Origin: Octopus sinensis
Lineage: Eukaryota
NCBI RefSeq assembly: GCF_006345805.1
Contig: NC_043007.1
Span: 74,896,001 to 74,960,000 of the forward strand
Reading direction: 5' to 3'
DNA: 64,000 bases
The notes under the pieces are model-generated. The model saw only the letters and a program-made list of their open reading frames with translations. It did not search any database and was not told the DNA's origin. The position numbers and the translations under genes are program-made. The first letter of the stretch is position 1; each line of letters begins with the position of its first letter. This document shows, in pieces, positions 26,401 to 38,303 of the stretch.

Positions 26401-27306
26401 ATTTACCATATTTTCCCCAATATTTGCATGAATATTTATTTTTAACTTATGAAATTTTATAATCTGTTTTTAGCTGTAGTGTTATTTTTTTTATGCAAAT
26501 AGAATTGTAGATTATTTGTTTTAGCAAAAGAATTTCTTTCAAACACATTAGTTGAATGTATTGAAATATTCATTTAAAAACTGTTCAAATCAATTTCCTT
26601 ATTAATAAGTTCCATCAGTTTTTTTTTTTTTTCTATGTAACTTAAATACTTGTACACAACATTGTATGGCAACTGATCCATTTGTTTGTAGCTGTCTCTC
26701 TTAAGTAACCAATATAAATGTACAACCAATCACTTTAAGTCAGTATATGAGCTTCACTCTAATACAGGGAATATAAAAATAACGCAGATGATTAAAAACA
26801 ATTATAGCTGATTATAATGAGAATTAGTTTGTACAATAAATTATCAAGAAACAACTTTATAAATGCTGCAATATACTTCATATTATACACATTACCTCTT
26901 CATTCTACATTTTTGATACTGTTCTGAACCACTGCCCATGAATTTATATATATTAAAGTTTTCACAAAATATTGTAAATTAAAACATTAAACAGTGAAGG
27001 GGAATTTTTTTAATTATTAAAGTACCACAAATGAAAGAAAATTATGGCCTATCTGAAAAGGAAATATACATAAAAATATCTATACTTCCATGTATGGAAG
27101 ATATCTTTGAAATATAACTTTAATATTAAATGTAAATAATATCATGAAAATTGTTGTATTACAAATTTCACAACTACTAAGGCAGTATTATTATAGCCTG
27201 CCATTGCAACTACAAATGTGTAGATTTGAGCAAGAAACTAGCATGTTGTATATGAATGGTTGACAACCGCATGAAACAAACATTCTGCATGGTTTTTCCT
27301 GGGCAG

Positions 27307-27414
27307 ATACCTTGAAGAGGATAGCAGGGGGTACCTCTGATTCCAGCACTACTGAATCACATCGAGAAGGATCGCTCAACATCAGTGATACTACTGAAAA
27401 GTCTGACGGTGGTA
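27307..27414 (+). CDS. RyR: Candidate RyR cassette exon 1 (108 nt): DTLKRIAGGTSDSSTTESHREGSLNISDTTEKSDGG
   Basis: tttttcctgggcag acceptor, a|gtaagt donor, phase 1 to 1, no stop, GC-richer than flanks, not repeat-derived by eye. Confidence 0.7.
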
Positions 27415-28020
27415 GTAAGTAGATCTAGTCCTAATCTTTGATAGTGATGTTTGTTAATATATATATATATATATGTGTGTGTTGTGTGTATCTTAAACTG
27501 TTGCTGACAAAGTTTTGTAACCCAGACTTCGTTTGGTTAATGTTGAATGGCTGTCATTGTGCTTTATTAAATTCAATAACAACAACAACAATACTAAAAC
27601 CATACTAATTTCTGGAATGCTTCTGAGATGTGAAAAATTTAGTTGCAAACTTGGTTTTACTTGTTGATAAGTTCCACTAAAACTTACCATTCCATGATAC
27701 ATTTTTATGATATTCTATAAAATATGTAAACTTAGAATGTTAGATTTTCATTGTTTTATTTATCACTGTTTGTTTCTAAATCATTAAAGATAAATATATA
27801 TCTTATATGTATATATACATATATATATATATCTTATGCATATCATCATTCATCATCATTTCATTTAATGTTCGTTTTCCATGCTGGCATGGGTTGGATG
27901 GTTTGACAGGAGCTGGCAATGCCAGGAACCATACAGGCTTTGTTGTCTGTTTTGGCATGGTCTCTACAGCTGGATGCCTTTGCTAATGCCAATATATACA
28001 TACATGTATCTTATATGTAT

Positions 28021-28051
<31 letters not shown>

Positions 28052-28599
28052 CATATATGCATATATATTGTCAGTATGTATATATAGATATAGATATCTC
28101 TATGCGTGTGTCTGTGTGTTCAGTATGTATATTTAGGTATACATTTGGTGTACATTTTGGTGTATTATGTGTGTATTCAATTCATTGTGACTGTTCTAAT
28201 TAATTGCTACTCACGAGTTTCCCTTATATGAAGCCACTTCTCTTCCTGACCAAGGAAGCAGCTGCATGCTAAGGAAACACTAGAATAACAGGCCAAATTA
28301 AATTATTAAACTCTAAGATGGTATCAAGTACCTTTTCTCACATTACTTAACGACAGCAAAAGTGTATGTGTGTGTGTGTGTGTGTGCATAGTGTAAGTTT
28401 AATACAGCCTGTATTGAGTACTCTTTTCATCTTTTGTAGTTCTTTGAACCATTATGTGTATATATCATATATACACTGATGGGATGACCGTCCCCATAGG
28501 TTACCAGGGGTTTGAATATGGTCACACCCCATGTTTGTAAATATATTGGCTCTGCCAGTACTTCTTTCAAATGACAGTCATCCTTCAGAGTCCCAGAAA

Positions 28600-28790
28600 G
28601 ATGGTTTGTCACATCCTTGGCTTGCATGTATGGTACCTCAAAGATCAAGGGACCCTGTGTGATATAAGGTGGAAAATAATTGATCAGGGCCATTGCAAAA
28701 TCTGCATCATGGAAAGAGCCAAAATTCTTAAGGACTTTACAAAACCTGGCACGTTAAATAGTCATAAAGAAGTGTTTTCTAAATGTGTCC
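28600..28790 (+). mobile_element. Penelope-like element GIY-YIG C-terminal remnant
   Basis: HVWYLKDQGTLCDIRWKIID..CKICIMERAKIL...TLNSHKEVFSKC. Confidence 0.75.
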
Positions 28791-28971
28791 AAGTGCTACC
28801 TACTGGAAAATGGGATCTCCCCATTTGCTTGTTAGGCCTTTTTGGGTCTATAAGGGAATTCAGGAGAGACAACCTGTCCTCATTAACGTTTTTTTGTTAA
28901 GATGTATTTCTCAATTTCTGAGCATATCCTCTCGTTCATGATGTAAAAATATTTTTGTCTTTATATAGAGT

Positions 28972-29039
28972 ATGATGAGCTGTCCATAAGGCATTAGCTT
29001 AGTGGATATGAAACCTTGGGTCACTTTAAGTCCAAGATA
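28972..29039 (+). ncRNA. Decayed hammerhead-ribozyme-like fold downstream of the Penelope remnant
   Basis: aUGAUGAG core, stem II, UGAAAC, stem III CUUGG/CCAAG, AUA; core substitutions and no clear stem I. Confidence 0.35.
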
Positions 29040-29110
29040 TAACATTTTGGGGTTGTAACAATTACTGCCTTATTCTTTAGAGTATGCTTCTTTTCTGTCA
29101 TATGTTTTAT

Positions 29111-29143
<33 letters not shown>

Positions 29144-30699
29144 CAGAATAAGAAGACAGAGGACTTTTAACATATCTTTAATAATTAGTTACAGTTATTT
29201 CTGTACCAACTCTCCTTTCAGTGCCAGTTTATGCAAAATTTCCAAGTGAAAATTTACATAATATTTGTGGTTTTAAACTTTAGAGTGGCATTTCTTAAGA
29301 CCTGCATTAAAGGTGCACTCTTACATTGTGTTCTCTTACATTCTACTCTCTCAGGACCTTTATATATATATATATATATATACGTTCAGCAAAATTTAGA
29401 TTCAGATGAATATGGTACTTAAATTAAAGGCACCAGAATTTGGTATGGTGTTATCCATATGGGGTGATTATAATCAAAATAAGCAACAAGTATATCCAAG
29501 GTAGTGTAGTACAATCGTTTCAGCTACTTCATTTTATTAAACACTGTAAGTATTACATCAGTTTATATATATATATATATATATGTATATATACCCTTAA
29601 ATAGCAGAAACAATAAAGTGACTTCAAGAACGAAGTGGTCCATGTTTCATACAGGTATTTATCAGCTAATTGGCCATTATGTCACTTTTTAAATTCTGTC
29701 AGATAAAAATAATAAAAAATACATACACTCATGTATTTAGTTCTAACCTACATAAATATGATAACAAAAAGATTAAAACAAATATGCTGTCTGAGAGGGT
29801 AAAAAATTGAAAATACCCAGGAAAAAGAAATTCTCTATAATCTTAGGGAATGATATCAATGTAAGCAGCATGAGATTTGAACAGTTCATCTTTCAGCTAG
29901 GATCTGACTTGGATGTCACACTTAAAAGAGCAGGGTGAATTTGCTGAAGGTGTCATGATGATTCTATAAACTATGTTTAAAAAACAAATCAAATTCTTTG
30001 AAGTGTAACCCTGTATTTCTTCAACAGCAAGAAACCTCTTCCGATTTCTTCTTTTCTAATTTAACCTCTCATCTCATAGTATAAAGCTGCCTTCCTCTCT
30101 ACTTTAGTCCCACTCAGTCATTGTTAGTTTTGCAAGATACATGGTGACCTTACTAGTGCTGGTACCATGAAGCAAAGTACCCAGTACACTCTGTCAAGTA
30201 ATTAACATTAAGAATGATATGCAGCCATAGAAATTATAACCAAAACAGATGTTAGAGCATACTGCAATCCTCTGACTCACTGGACCCTGTTAAACTAACT
30301 AACCCATGCCAGCATAGAAGATGGACATTAAAAGGGGATGATGATGATGGTGGTGGTGGTGGTGGTGGTGGTGGTGTGTGTGTGTGGTGTGTGTGTGTGT
30401 GTGTTTGTGTGTGTGATTGTGTGTGTGTCTGTGTGTGTGTGTTTTGCATCTGTTATAATATGCTCATATTTGTTATATCATTTTGTGCTTAGATACAAGT
30501 GATTTCAGAAGAATACAATTGTCAATGTTTTTGTACTTTGGAAGACAGCCATGGTAACTGTCTGTTTCTGCTTTTTTTTTTTCTTTGCATAAAGAAATAC
30601 TTGGTAATTTTTTGTAGGTGAAACTTATTTGTGGAGCATTGTCACAAAGATACTGTACATCCAGATATAGTGTTAACGTCTCTTTATTCAAAGGTTAAT

Positions 30700-31216
30700 T
30701 ACCATAAATCCTTGAGTATAGTCCGCCCTTGAGTATAATACGCAGGGGATTTTTAGGGGGCTGTACCTCTTAAAAACCTAAACTTTGTGTATACTATGGA
30801 CCTCTTCTTTAACTTGAGTCAAAGAGATCTATATAATGTCCTTGGTTTGTAAAAATGTATACGGTAACATTCTTTATTATTATTGTATATATAACATAAT
30901 GCAAACATGTATCTTTTTTGTACATTTTGTTTGCAGAAAATAAAGAAATAACAGTAATAACGTTTAATAAATGTTGCTTACTGCAAGTTATGGATGATTC
31001 TTTCATGACTTCATTGCTTTCAGGTTTAGCTTAAGGTATTTTCGTGCCCGACATCACAAAATGCATCTGAATAAGCATTGCCGAACAGCAAATAGAGACT
31101 CAGACATTGCTTAGAAAATAATTTTCATTTTTTAACCTCGTATATAGTACGCACTAGGGATTTTGACCTTTACATTTTGGGATAAAAATGCAGATTATAC
31201 TCGAAGATTTACAGTA
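30700..31216. mobile_element. pogo/Tigger-like non-autonomous DNA transposon
   Basis: About 27-nt imperfect TIRs taccataaatccttgagtatagtccgc / gcagattatactcgaagatttacagta with TA ends. Confidence 0.75.
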
Positions 31217-31927
31217 AATATCTTTAGGTTTCTATCCCTGGAGTACAGTATAACATGCTTTTTATAATACATTTTTGAAAAAAAGCACCAAAATATATTT
31301 ACTTTCTCTAAAATATGCCTTGAGTAAACATTTTAGAACTCATTTTATTAGAGCCATGATATGAAATATATTGTGGCATTTAACTAAGGTCCTGGACGTT
31401 CTAGATTCACGATCATCTTGGCCATTTATCCTTCCAAAGTCAATAAAAAAGGTAACTACTCAAGTATTGGGCTTGATTTAGCTGATTACCCCACTCCCCT
31501 CAAATTTCTGGCTTTGTACCTATATAAGAAATTATTATTACTTTTATTATTAAAGCGGTAGGCTAATGGAATATTTAGTACACTGGGCAAAATGCTTAGT
31601 GGAATTTCACCCAGCTTTATATTTTGAGTCCAAATTTTACCGTGGTCACCTTTGCCCTGCTTCCTTCCAGCGTTGACAAAAATAAGTAGCAGTTGAACTC
31701 TGGGGACAATGTCATTGACAAACCCCGACCCCAAAATTGCTGGTCTTGTACCAAAATTTGAAACCACAAGGCACATGCATGGCCTAGTGATTAAGGTGTT
31801 GCACTCACAATCGTAAAATTGTGGTTTCAATTCCTAGACCATGTGGTGCATTGTATTCTTGAGCAAAACACTTCGTTTCATGTTGCTCTGTGACCACTTT
31901 GACACCTCACATGTGGGACACCACATG

Positions 31928-32778
31928 TGAGGTTTGAAGTTTGAAATCGACCTTGGTATATGACTGGTAATTATTTTATCAACCACAGACGAACATTGAG
32001 CACAAACATTTGGTCACTATGAACAAATCATTTATGCAGATCGTTTGGCAAAAGCTGGATGCTCATACGTTGTCTTCAACAGGAGAGTCCATTATTATTA
32101 TTATTATTATTATTACGGAGACAAGCTCAAAGAATCATTGGCAAGTTGGGCAAAATGCTTAGCAGCATTTCTTGTAAGTTATGTTCTGATTTTGAATCTT
32201 GCCAAGGCTGACTTTGCCTTTCATCCTTTTAGGTTCAATAAAATAGGTGCCATTTGAGCATTTGGGGTGGGGTGAAGTAATCAACTAATTCCCTCCCCTT
32301 AAATTTCTGGCCTTGTGCCAAAATCAGAAAGAATTATTCTTGTTGCTTGGGCAGTGCTCTAGTAGAATTGTTAGTATCAAAAGGAATGTTTTGAGGTATT
32401 TCTTCTAATCCTTTGTGTTCTGAGTTCAAATTCTGCTGAGGTTATCTTTGCTTTACATCTATTTGGGGATTAATAAAATAAAGTAGCAATCAATTTCTGG
32501 GGTCAGTGGGATTCACTGAACCCATCCCACCTCAAAATTGTTGGCCTCGTGACTAAATCAGAAACCATTATTGTTGTTGTTGTTGTTGCTGTTGTTATTG
32601 TTGTCAGGGATCTGAAGTAGCGGAATATAGAGCAGAGTACTGTACTGAATGATTGTGTATCCCCCCTGTGTGTTACAAGTTCAAATCCTGTCAGAGCTAG
32701 TTTTGCTTTATGTTCGTCTGTGGTTGATAAAATAATTACCAGTCATATACCAAGGTCGATTTCAAACTTCAAACCTCA
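31928..32778. repeat. Perfect 69-bp inverted repeat (31928-31996 / 32710-32778)
   Basis: Checked base by base: 69/69 reverse-complement identity, 713-nt spacer. Confidence 0.95.
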
Positions 32779-32878
32779 TCATCATCATCATCATCATCAA
32801 CATCATCATTATCATCGCTGTTGTTATACATATCTACTTTAAATTGAATTTTAATTGAAGTAAATATCAAAATAAACA

Positions 32879-33066
32879 TTTCTGAAAATTAATTTTGAGA
32901 CAAAAAAGAAATACAAATTCTGCTTTTTTTTTGTTGTTGTTTTTTTTTTTAATTCTTATCAAATGAATACTTTCTGAAAATTAATTTTGAGACAAAAAAA
33001 AAATGAAATACAAATTCTGCTTTTTTTTTGTTGTTTTTTTTTTTTATTTTTATCAAATGAATACTT
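32879..33066 (+). repeat. Tandem duplication of about 93 nt, two copies
   Basis: tttctgaaaattaattttgagacaaaaaa...tatcaaatgaatac occurs twice. Confidence 0.85.
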
Positions 33067-33299
33067 TTGAAAGATTTCCATTTCAGTGAATAAAAAAGAA
33101 CAAAGATCCAATATTACATATGACTGTGTCTTTTATTTTATCAGAAAATAGAATAAATGTGCTTGTGTGACATTTTACTGTGAAAAACATTCTCTTGTTA
33201 TGTGGCTTGTTAACCCTGTAACTTATCAAGTTGTTGTACCTAATTGATGTCAAAGTGTAAATATGTCCCTGTAGAGCTATTGTAGCAAACAATACACTG

Positions 33300-33790
33300 A
33301 GTCTCACTTTCAGCACCATCCTTAATTCTGCATAGCAGCAGCAGTGGTGGTGGTGGTGGTGGTGGCAGTAGTAGTAGTAGTAGTAGTAGTAGCAGTGGTA
33401 GTAGTAGTAGTGTAGTAGTAGTAGTAGTAGCAGTGGTAGTAGTAGTAGTGGGTAGTAGTAGTAGTGGGTAGTAGTAGTAGTAGTAGTAGTAGTAGGGTAG
33501 TAGTAATAGTAGTAGTAGTAGTAGTAGTAGTAGGGTAGAAGTAGAAGTAGTAGTAGTAGCGGCGAGCTGGCAGAAACGTTAGCACACCGGGCGAAATGCT
33601 TAGCGCTATTTCGTCTACCGCTACGTTCTGAGTTCAAATTCTGCTGAGGTCGACTTTGCCTTTCATCCTTTCGGGGTCAATTAAATAAGTACCTGTTACG
33701 CACTGGGGTCGGTATAATTCACTTAATCCATTTGTCTGTCCTTGTTTGTCCCCTCTGTGTCTAGCCCCTTGTGGGCAGTAAAGAAATAAG
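33300..33790 (+). mobile_element. (GTA)n microsatellite plus a young-looking SINE copy
   Basis: ggcgagctggcagaaacgttagcacaccgggcgaaatgcttagc retains CpGs. Confidence 0.8.
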
Positions 33791-34445
33791 TAGTAGTAGT
33801 GGTAGTGGTAGTGGTAGTAGTGGTATAGAGTTAATGTTGGTACAAAATTAGAGGCTTCTATGTGGTTCACTCAGCCTGGTAGAAATAGAAACTAAATCTC
33901 CTTTAATTCACAACCTGCTGCCTTCAAGCAGAAAGGACTTGTTAGTCCATGTAGTATTCAGTGAATTGGCAGAACCATTAGTGCACCAGACAAAATGTCA
34001 TGTGGATTCATTACATTCTGATTTCAAATCCCACTGAGGTCAACTTTGCCTTTCATATTTTTGAAGTCAAGTAAACTAAGTATCGATCAAGTACTGGAGA
34101 ATTTATAATCAACTATTCTTTCTTCCTTGTAAAAATGTCTGGAAGTTTCATGTCAGAAGAACAAAGCAAAAGAAGAAATGGTCAAAGCTGGAACAGTTTT
34201 AACCATAATTTTTACTTGACTAAGCTTGACCTGGGATTGATCTAGGACTAAAAAAAAAAACAATAAAGCATAGAAGCAGAAATCCTCAAGAGAATGCGTG
34301 TGTTTTGTACCAGTGTTATATGTGTGTGTGTATGTGTGGGTCTGTTTGTGTGTGTGTGTCATTTGGAAGGAAGTTCTATTATTTCAGTAGACGTATCTGA
34401 CTTGTAGCATGTTTCTTTTGTTTGTGGATGTTCCTAGAAAATGTT

Positions 34446-34825
34446 GACCATATTCCACAATGGAATTAACTTTTGTGCAATTAAATTTATGGAAATATAT
34501 AATGTGGACCATATTCCACAATGGAATTAACTTTTGTGCAATTAAATTTATGGAAATATATAATGTGGACCATATTCCACAATGGAATTAACTTTTGTGC
34601 AATTAAATTTATGCAAATATATAATGTGAACCATATTCCACATTGTAATTAAATTTTGTGCAATTGAATTTATGGAAATATATAATGTGGACCATATTCC
34701 ACATTGTAATCAAATTTTGTGTAATTAAATTTATGGAAATATATAGTTTGAACCATATTTTACTTTGTAATTAACCTTTGTGCAATTAAATTTATGCAAA
34801 TATATAATGTAGACATATTTTCACA
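34446..34825 (+). repeat. 61-bp minisatellite, 6 copies plus a partial
   Basis: Units start at 34446, 34507, 34568, 34629, 34690, 34751, 34812. Confidence 0.92.
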
Positions 34826-36320
34826 CATGCAATTTCACTGAAATGCACATATAGAATGTCATTAAAAGTTTGTTAATTAAAATCTTGGGAAAGCCATTAA
34901 TAAAAAGCATATTTCTGTTTGAAATTCAGTTTTTGTGGAATTTCCTGGTATTTCATCTTCTTCAAACATTCTAGATTCCCATCCTTGAGACTTAATGTTT
35001 GATTTTTATTGTAATGTTTATCAACAACAAAGTTTGTAGCACTGTTGATAACTGGAATTATTTTTTCAAGGATATTCCTAGAGCTTTAATGTATTCTTCA
35101 ATGAGGAAATGATAAAATAGTATTGTCATTTTGTCCATATTCAGCCACATATTCCAGTAATGATAAGGAGTGGGGCTATAAGTTATATTTTTTCCGTCAA
35201 TCATTTAAAAGGAAATATCATTTAAACAAGTGACTTTGGCTTTTTCCTATTCTGCGTCAGTAATTAATCATAAACACACACATATATACAGACATGCTTG
35301 TATGAAGCACGACATTTGAGCATTAGGCCTCAGCGAGGCAATGACTAGTGACCGAGACCTTTGGAAATATGCTGTGCTTGAGAAGACCCAGCAATAAGAT
35401 CATAACCCATGGCCTATGCCAGTGGCGTAACCAGCCCACTTAGTCATACCTTTCTTTCAATGGACACTAAACTCTGCTCACAAAGACCTGTTGAGGCAAG
35501 TGAAATCGAAATCAAATTCGGTGACAACACCGCATGAATGGCATCCATGCTAGTGGAGTGCTAAGAGCACCATCCGAGTTGTTGGCACCATGTTGGTGGC
35601 ACGTAGAAAGAACCATTTGAATGGGATTGTTACCCGCGTCGCCTTACTGGCACTTATGCCAGCGGTACATGAAAAACAGAAAAACAACATTCAAGTGAGG
35701 GCATTGTCAGTGCTGCTGGACTGGCTCCTGTGTAGGTGGCATATAAAAACACCATTTGAGCATGGCCGTTGCCAGTACCACCTAAAAGCACATAAACGCA
35801 CCCACTACACTCTCAGAGTGGTTGGTGTTAGGAAGGGCATCCAGCTGTAGAAACTCTGCCAGATCAGATTGGAGCCTGATGCAGCCATCTGGCTCACCAG
35901 TCCCCAGTAAAACGATGATGATGATGATGACGATACATACAAAAAGCACAAACACACAGACACACAGACACACATGTGTGCTTATGTATTTAAAAGCATG
36001 AACACACACACACACATGTGTGTGTGTGTATATACACATACATATATATACATACACTTATACATACATAGATTCTTCAGATGAATAGATGCACACATGG
36101 GTAAGTGTAGTGACAGCTCAAATGACACACCAACTCTACCACATATTTACAAACACCAGGAACCTTCTAACTTCAAATAGTCTTGTTGCTTTTTTAGTGA
36201 CCAGCTCGAGCTCTTTTAAGGACTTAAATAAATCTCAAAGAAAAAGATATACATACATGCATACATACATGCATACATATGTACATACATACATAATACA
36301 TCTATATATACATACATACA

Positions 36321-37377
36321 TGGATATGTAAGTAGAAAGCTCCGAGATGATAGTAACATTGATCACCTAAGAAGTTTATGAAGGACCAATAGCCGAATTA
36401 CTACCTCCCACTTTGAAGGGTATGTGTTTGCAATCCAGGAACAGGAAATATCAACCAAGCACTTGATGCACAAAAGGGATAGAGATGCAAGAAAGCAGTA
36501 AAATGTGACAACTGATGCAGACTTTGTGGAGTTAACACTGAAAATATCACCCATATCATAAGCAGTTGTCTGAAAATGTCATCATGGTACTATCTACCGA
36601 AGACATGATGTGGCTAGGACACTCTATAATGAAATCTGTTGAAAGGATAACCCCGAGGACAAAGAAATGAGAACCCACAATATGGTAGAAGCCACAGCCA
36701 CTCATAATAAAAAAGAGTACTGGTGGAATGTCCCAGTGAAGACCTCAATAAAATGTAAGCACAACAGATCTGATGTAATGGTTTGGGATAGAGAATAGAA
36801 GCTGTACACAACTGTGGAAATTAGCTGCCCAGCAGATGTTAACATAAAGCTGAAGATCAGTGAAAAAGAGAACACATACGCTGAACTATTGAGAAATCTG
36901 AAGTTACTCTATCCAGATTACAAGTTCAGGTTTATACCCGTAATTATTGGGGCATTGGGATATGTAATACACTGCCTAAATACCAATTTTGAGAAATTAA
37001 GCTTCTCGAAACCAAAAAGAAGAAAACTAATTCGAAGACTACATAGCCAATCCATCACTAGAACTGTAAAACTTTCATTTAGATATATACGAGCATGTCT
37101 AGATATGCAACTATATGCATGAGAATACATACATAAAGCAAAACATACAAATCTGCACACATACATACATACATACATACATACATACATACATAATACA
37201 TACATACATACATACATACATACATACATACATACAAACAAACAAACAAACAAACAAACAAACAAACAAAAAATACCCTGCTGTTGATGTTGAAATTCCA
37301 ATGAAGGAGTCTTGATTCTAGGTTAGAAACGAGCTTTTTCTCTGTTGGCAAGAAATCTTGAAATAAACTGAATAATG
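36321..37377 (+). mobile_element. 5'-truncated RLE-type LINE (R4/Dong-like) within (TACA)n
   Basis: CRLCGVNTENITHIISSC knuckle at 36516; RSDVMVWD..VEISCPADVN..EKENTY..FIPVIIGALG endonuclease. Confidence 0.85.
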
Positions 37378-38102
37378 ACATACATGCATGCATACATACA
37401 TACATACAGGCATACATACATACATACATACATACATACAAACAAACAAACAAACAAACAAACAACAAACAAAGTAGAGTTTATGATATATATATCTTAT
37501 TCAAGTAATTCATTTATGTACTTGGTTTGCAAGATTCTTGGTGTAAACATATATGTTAAAACATATTTCATTGTATTTCATATAGGCATAATGATCCTTT
37601 CATTATTCAAATTCATTTAGTCACAAAATATACAAATGCTTTAAAAGATGTAGGAGAAAACTATAGGACAATTCATCTAACATGATAAATAAATATGAGT
37701 TTTAAGGTTGTTTGTTTGAACACTCAAACCTTGAAATGAATACTTATCTCTTCTAATTACCATCATTAAAAGAAATTTATTCAAATTAAGTAAAACTAAT
37801 TTAAAAAGCAAACATAATTCAATTTTCAAAGAAAGCTTTCATTAAATTGAATTTTTTTTTTCAGTGTTTTTTTTTTCAACCTAAACTCTATGAAAATCTT
37901 GCATGATTAATTGAATTCTCTTTCACTTGCACTTTCAAACTACGACTCTTTTGGTTTATTGGATATTAATTTTTCAATAACAAAGCATCAATGTTTTCAT
38001 TATTATTACTATTATCATTATCATTATCATTACTATTATTATTATTATTTGCATTTTGCTTGTCTTTCTTTTTTTTTTTTACATCTCTTTCTCCATCTCT
38101 AG

Positions 38103-38159
38103 CTGATGATTTCTTCCCACGACATATAAATGGTGGCCCTGAGTTAACATTAAGGAAAT
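38103..38159 (+). CDS. RyR: Candidate RyR cassette exon 2 (57 nt): ADDFFPRHINGGPELTLRK
   Basis: About 45-nt pyrimidine tract then ctag acceptor, t|gtgagt donor, phase 1 to 1, no stop. Confidence 0.7.
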
Positions 38160-38263
38160 GTGAGTCCTTGGTTTAGAAAATAAAAACAATAGCAAAATGT
38201 AGAACCTTTATCATTGTAACCCTGGTCACGTGTGTGATCTTTTGGTTAGTTATGTGCTATGTA

Positions 38264-38303
<40 letters not shown>

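Noticed and set aside
29222-29245. Other short phase-1 exon-like strings (29222-29245, 34930-34947, 39031-39039)
   Set aside because: Weak donors or pyrimidine tracts; such patterns are expected by chance in 27 kb of AT-rich intron.
32879-33066. 93-bp tandem duplication as a functional element
   Set aside because: The copies differ mainly in homopolymer lengths, consistent with simple slippage or an assembly artefact.
33083-33637. 184-aa minus ORF and the many YIYI/VCVC/THTH ORFs in the track
   Set aside because: Translations of microsatellites and SINEs.
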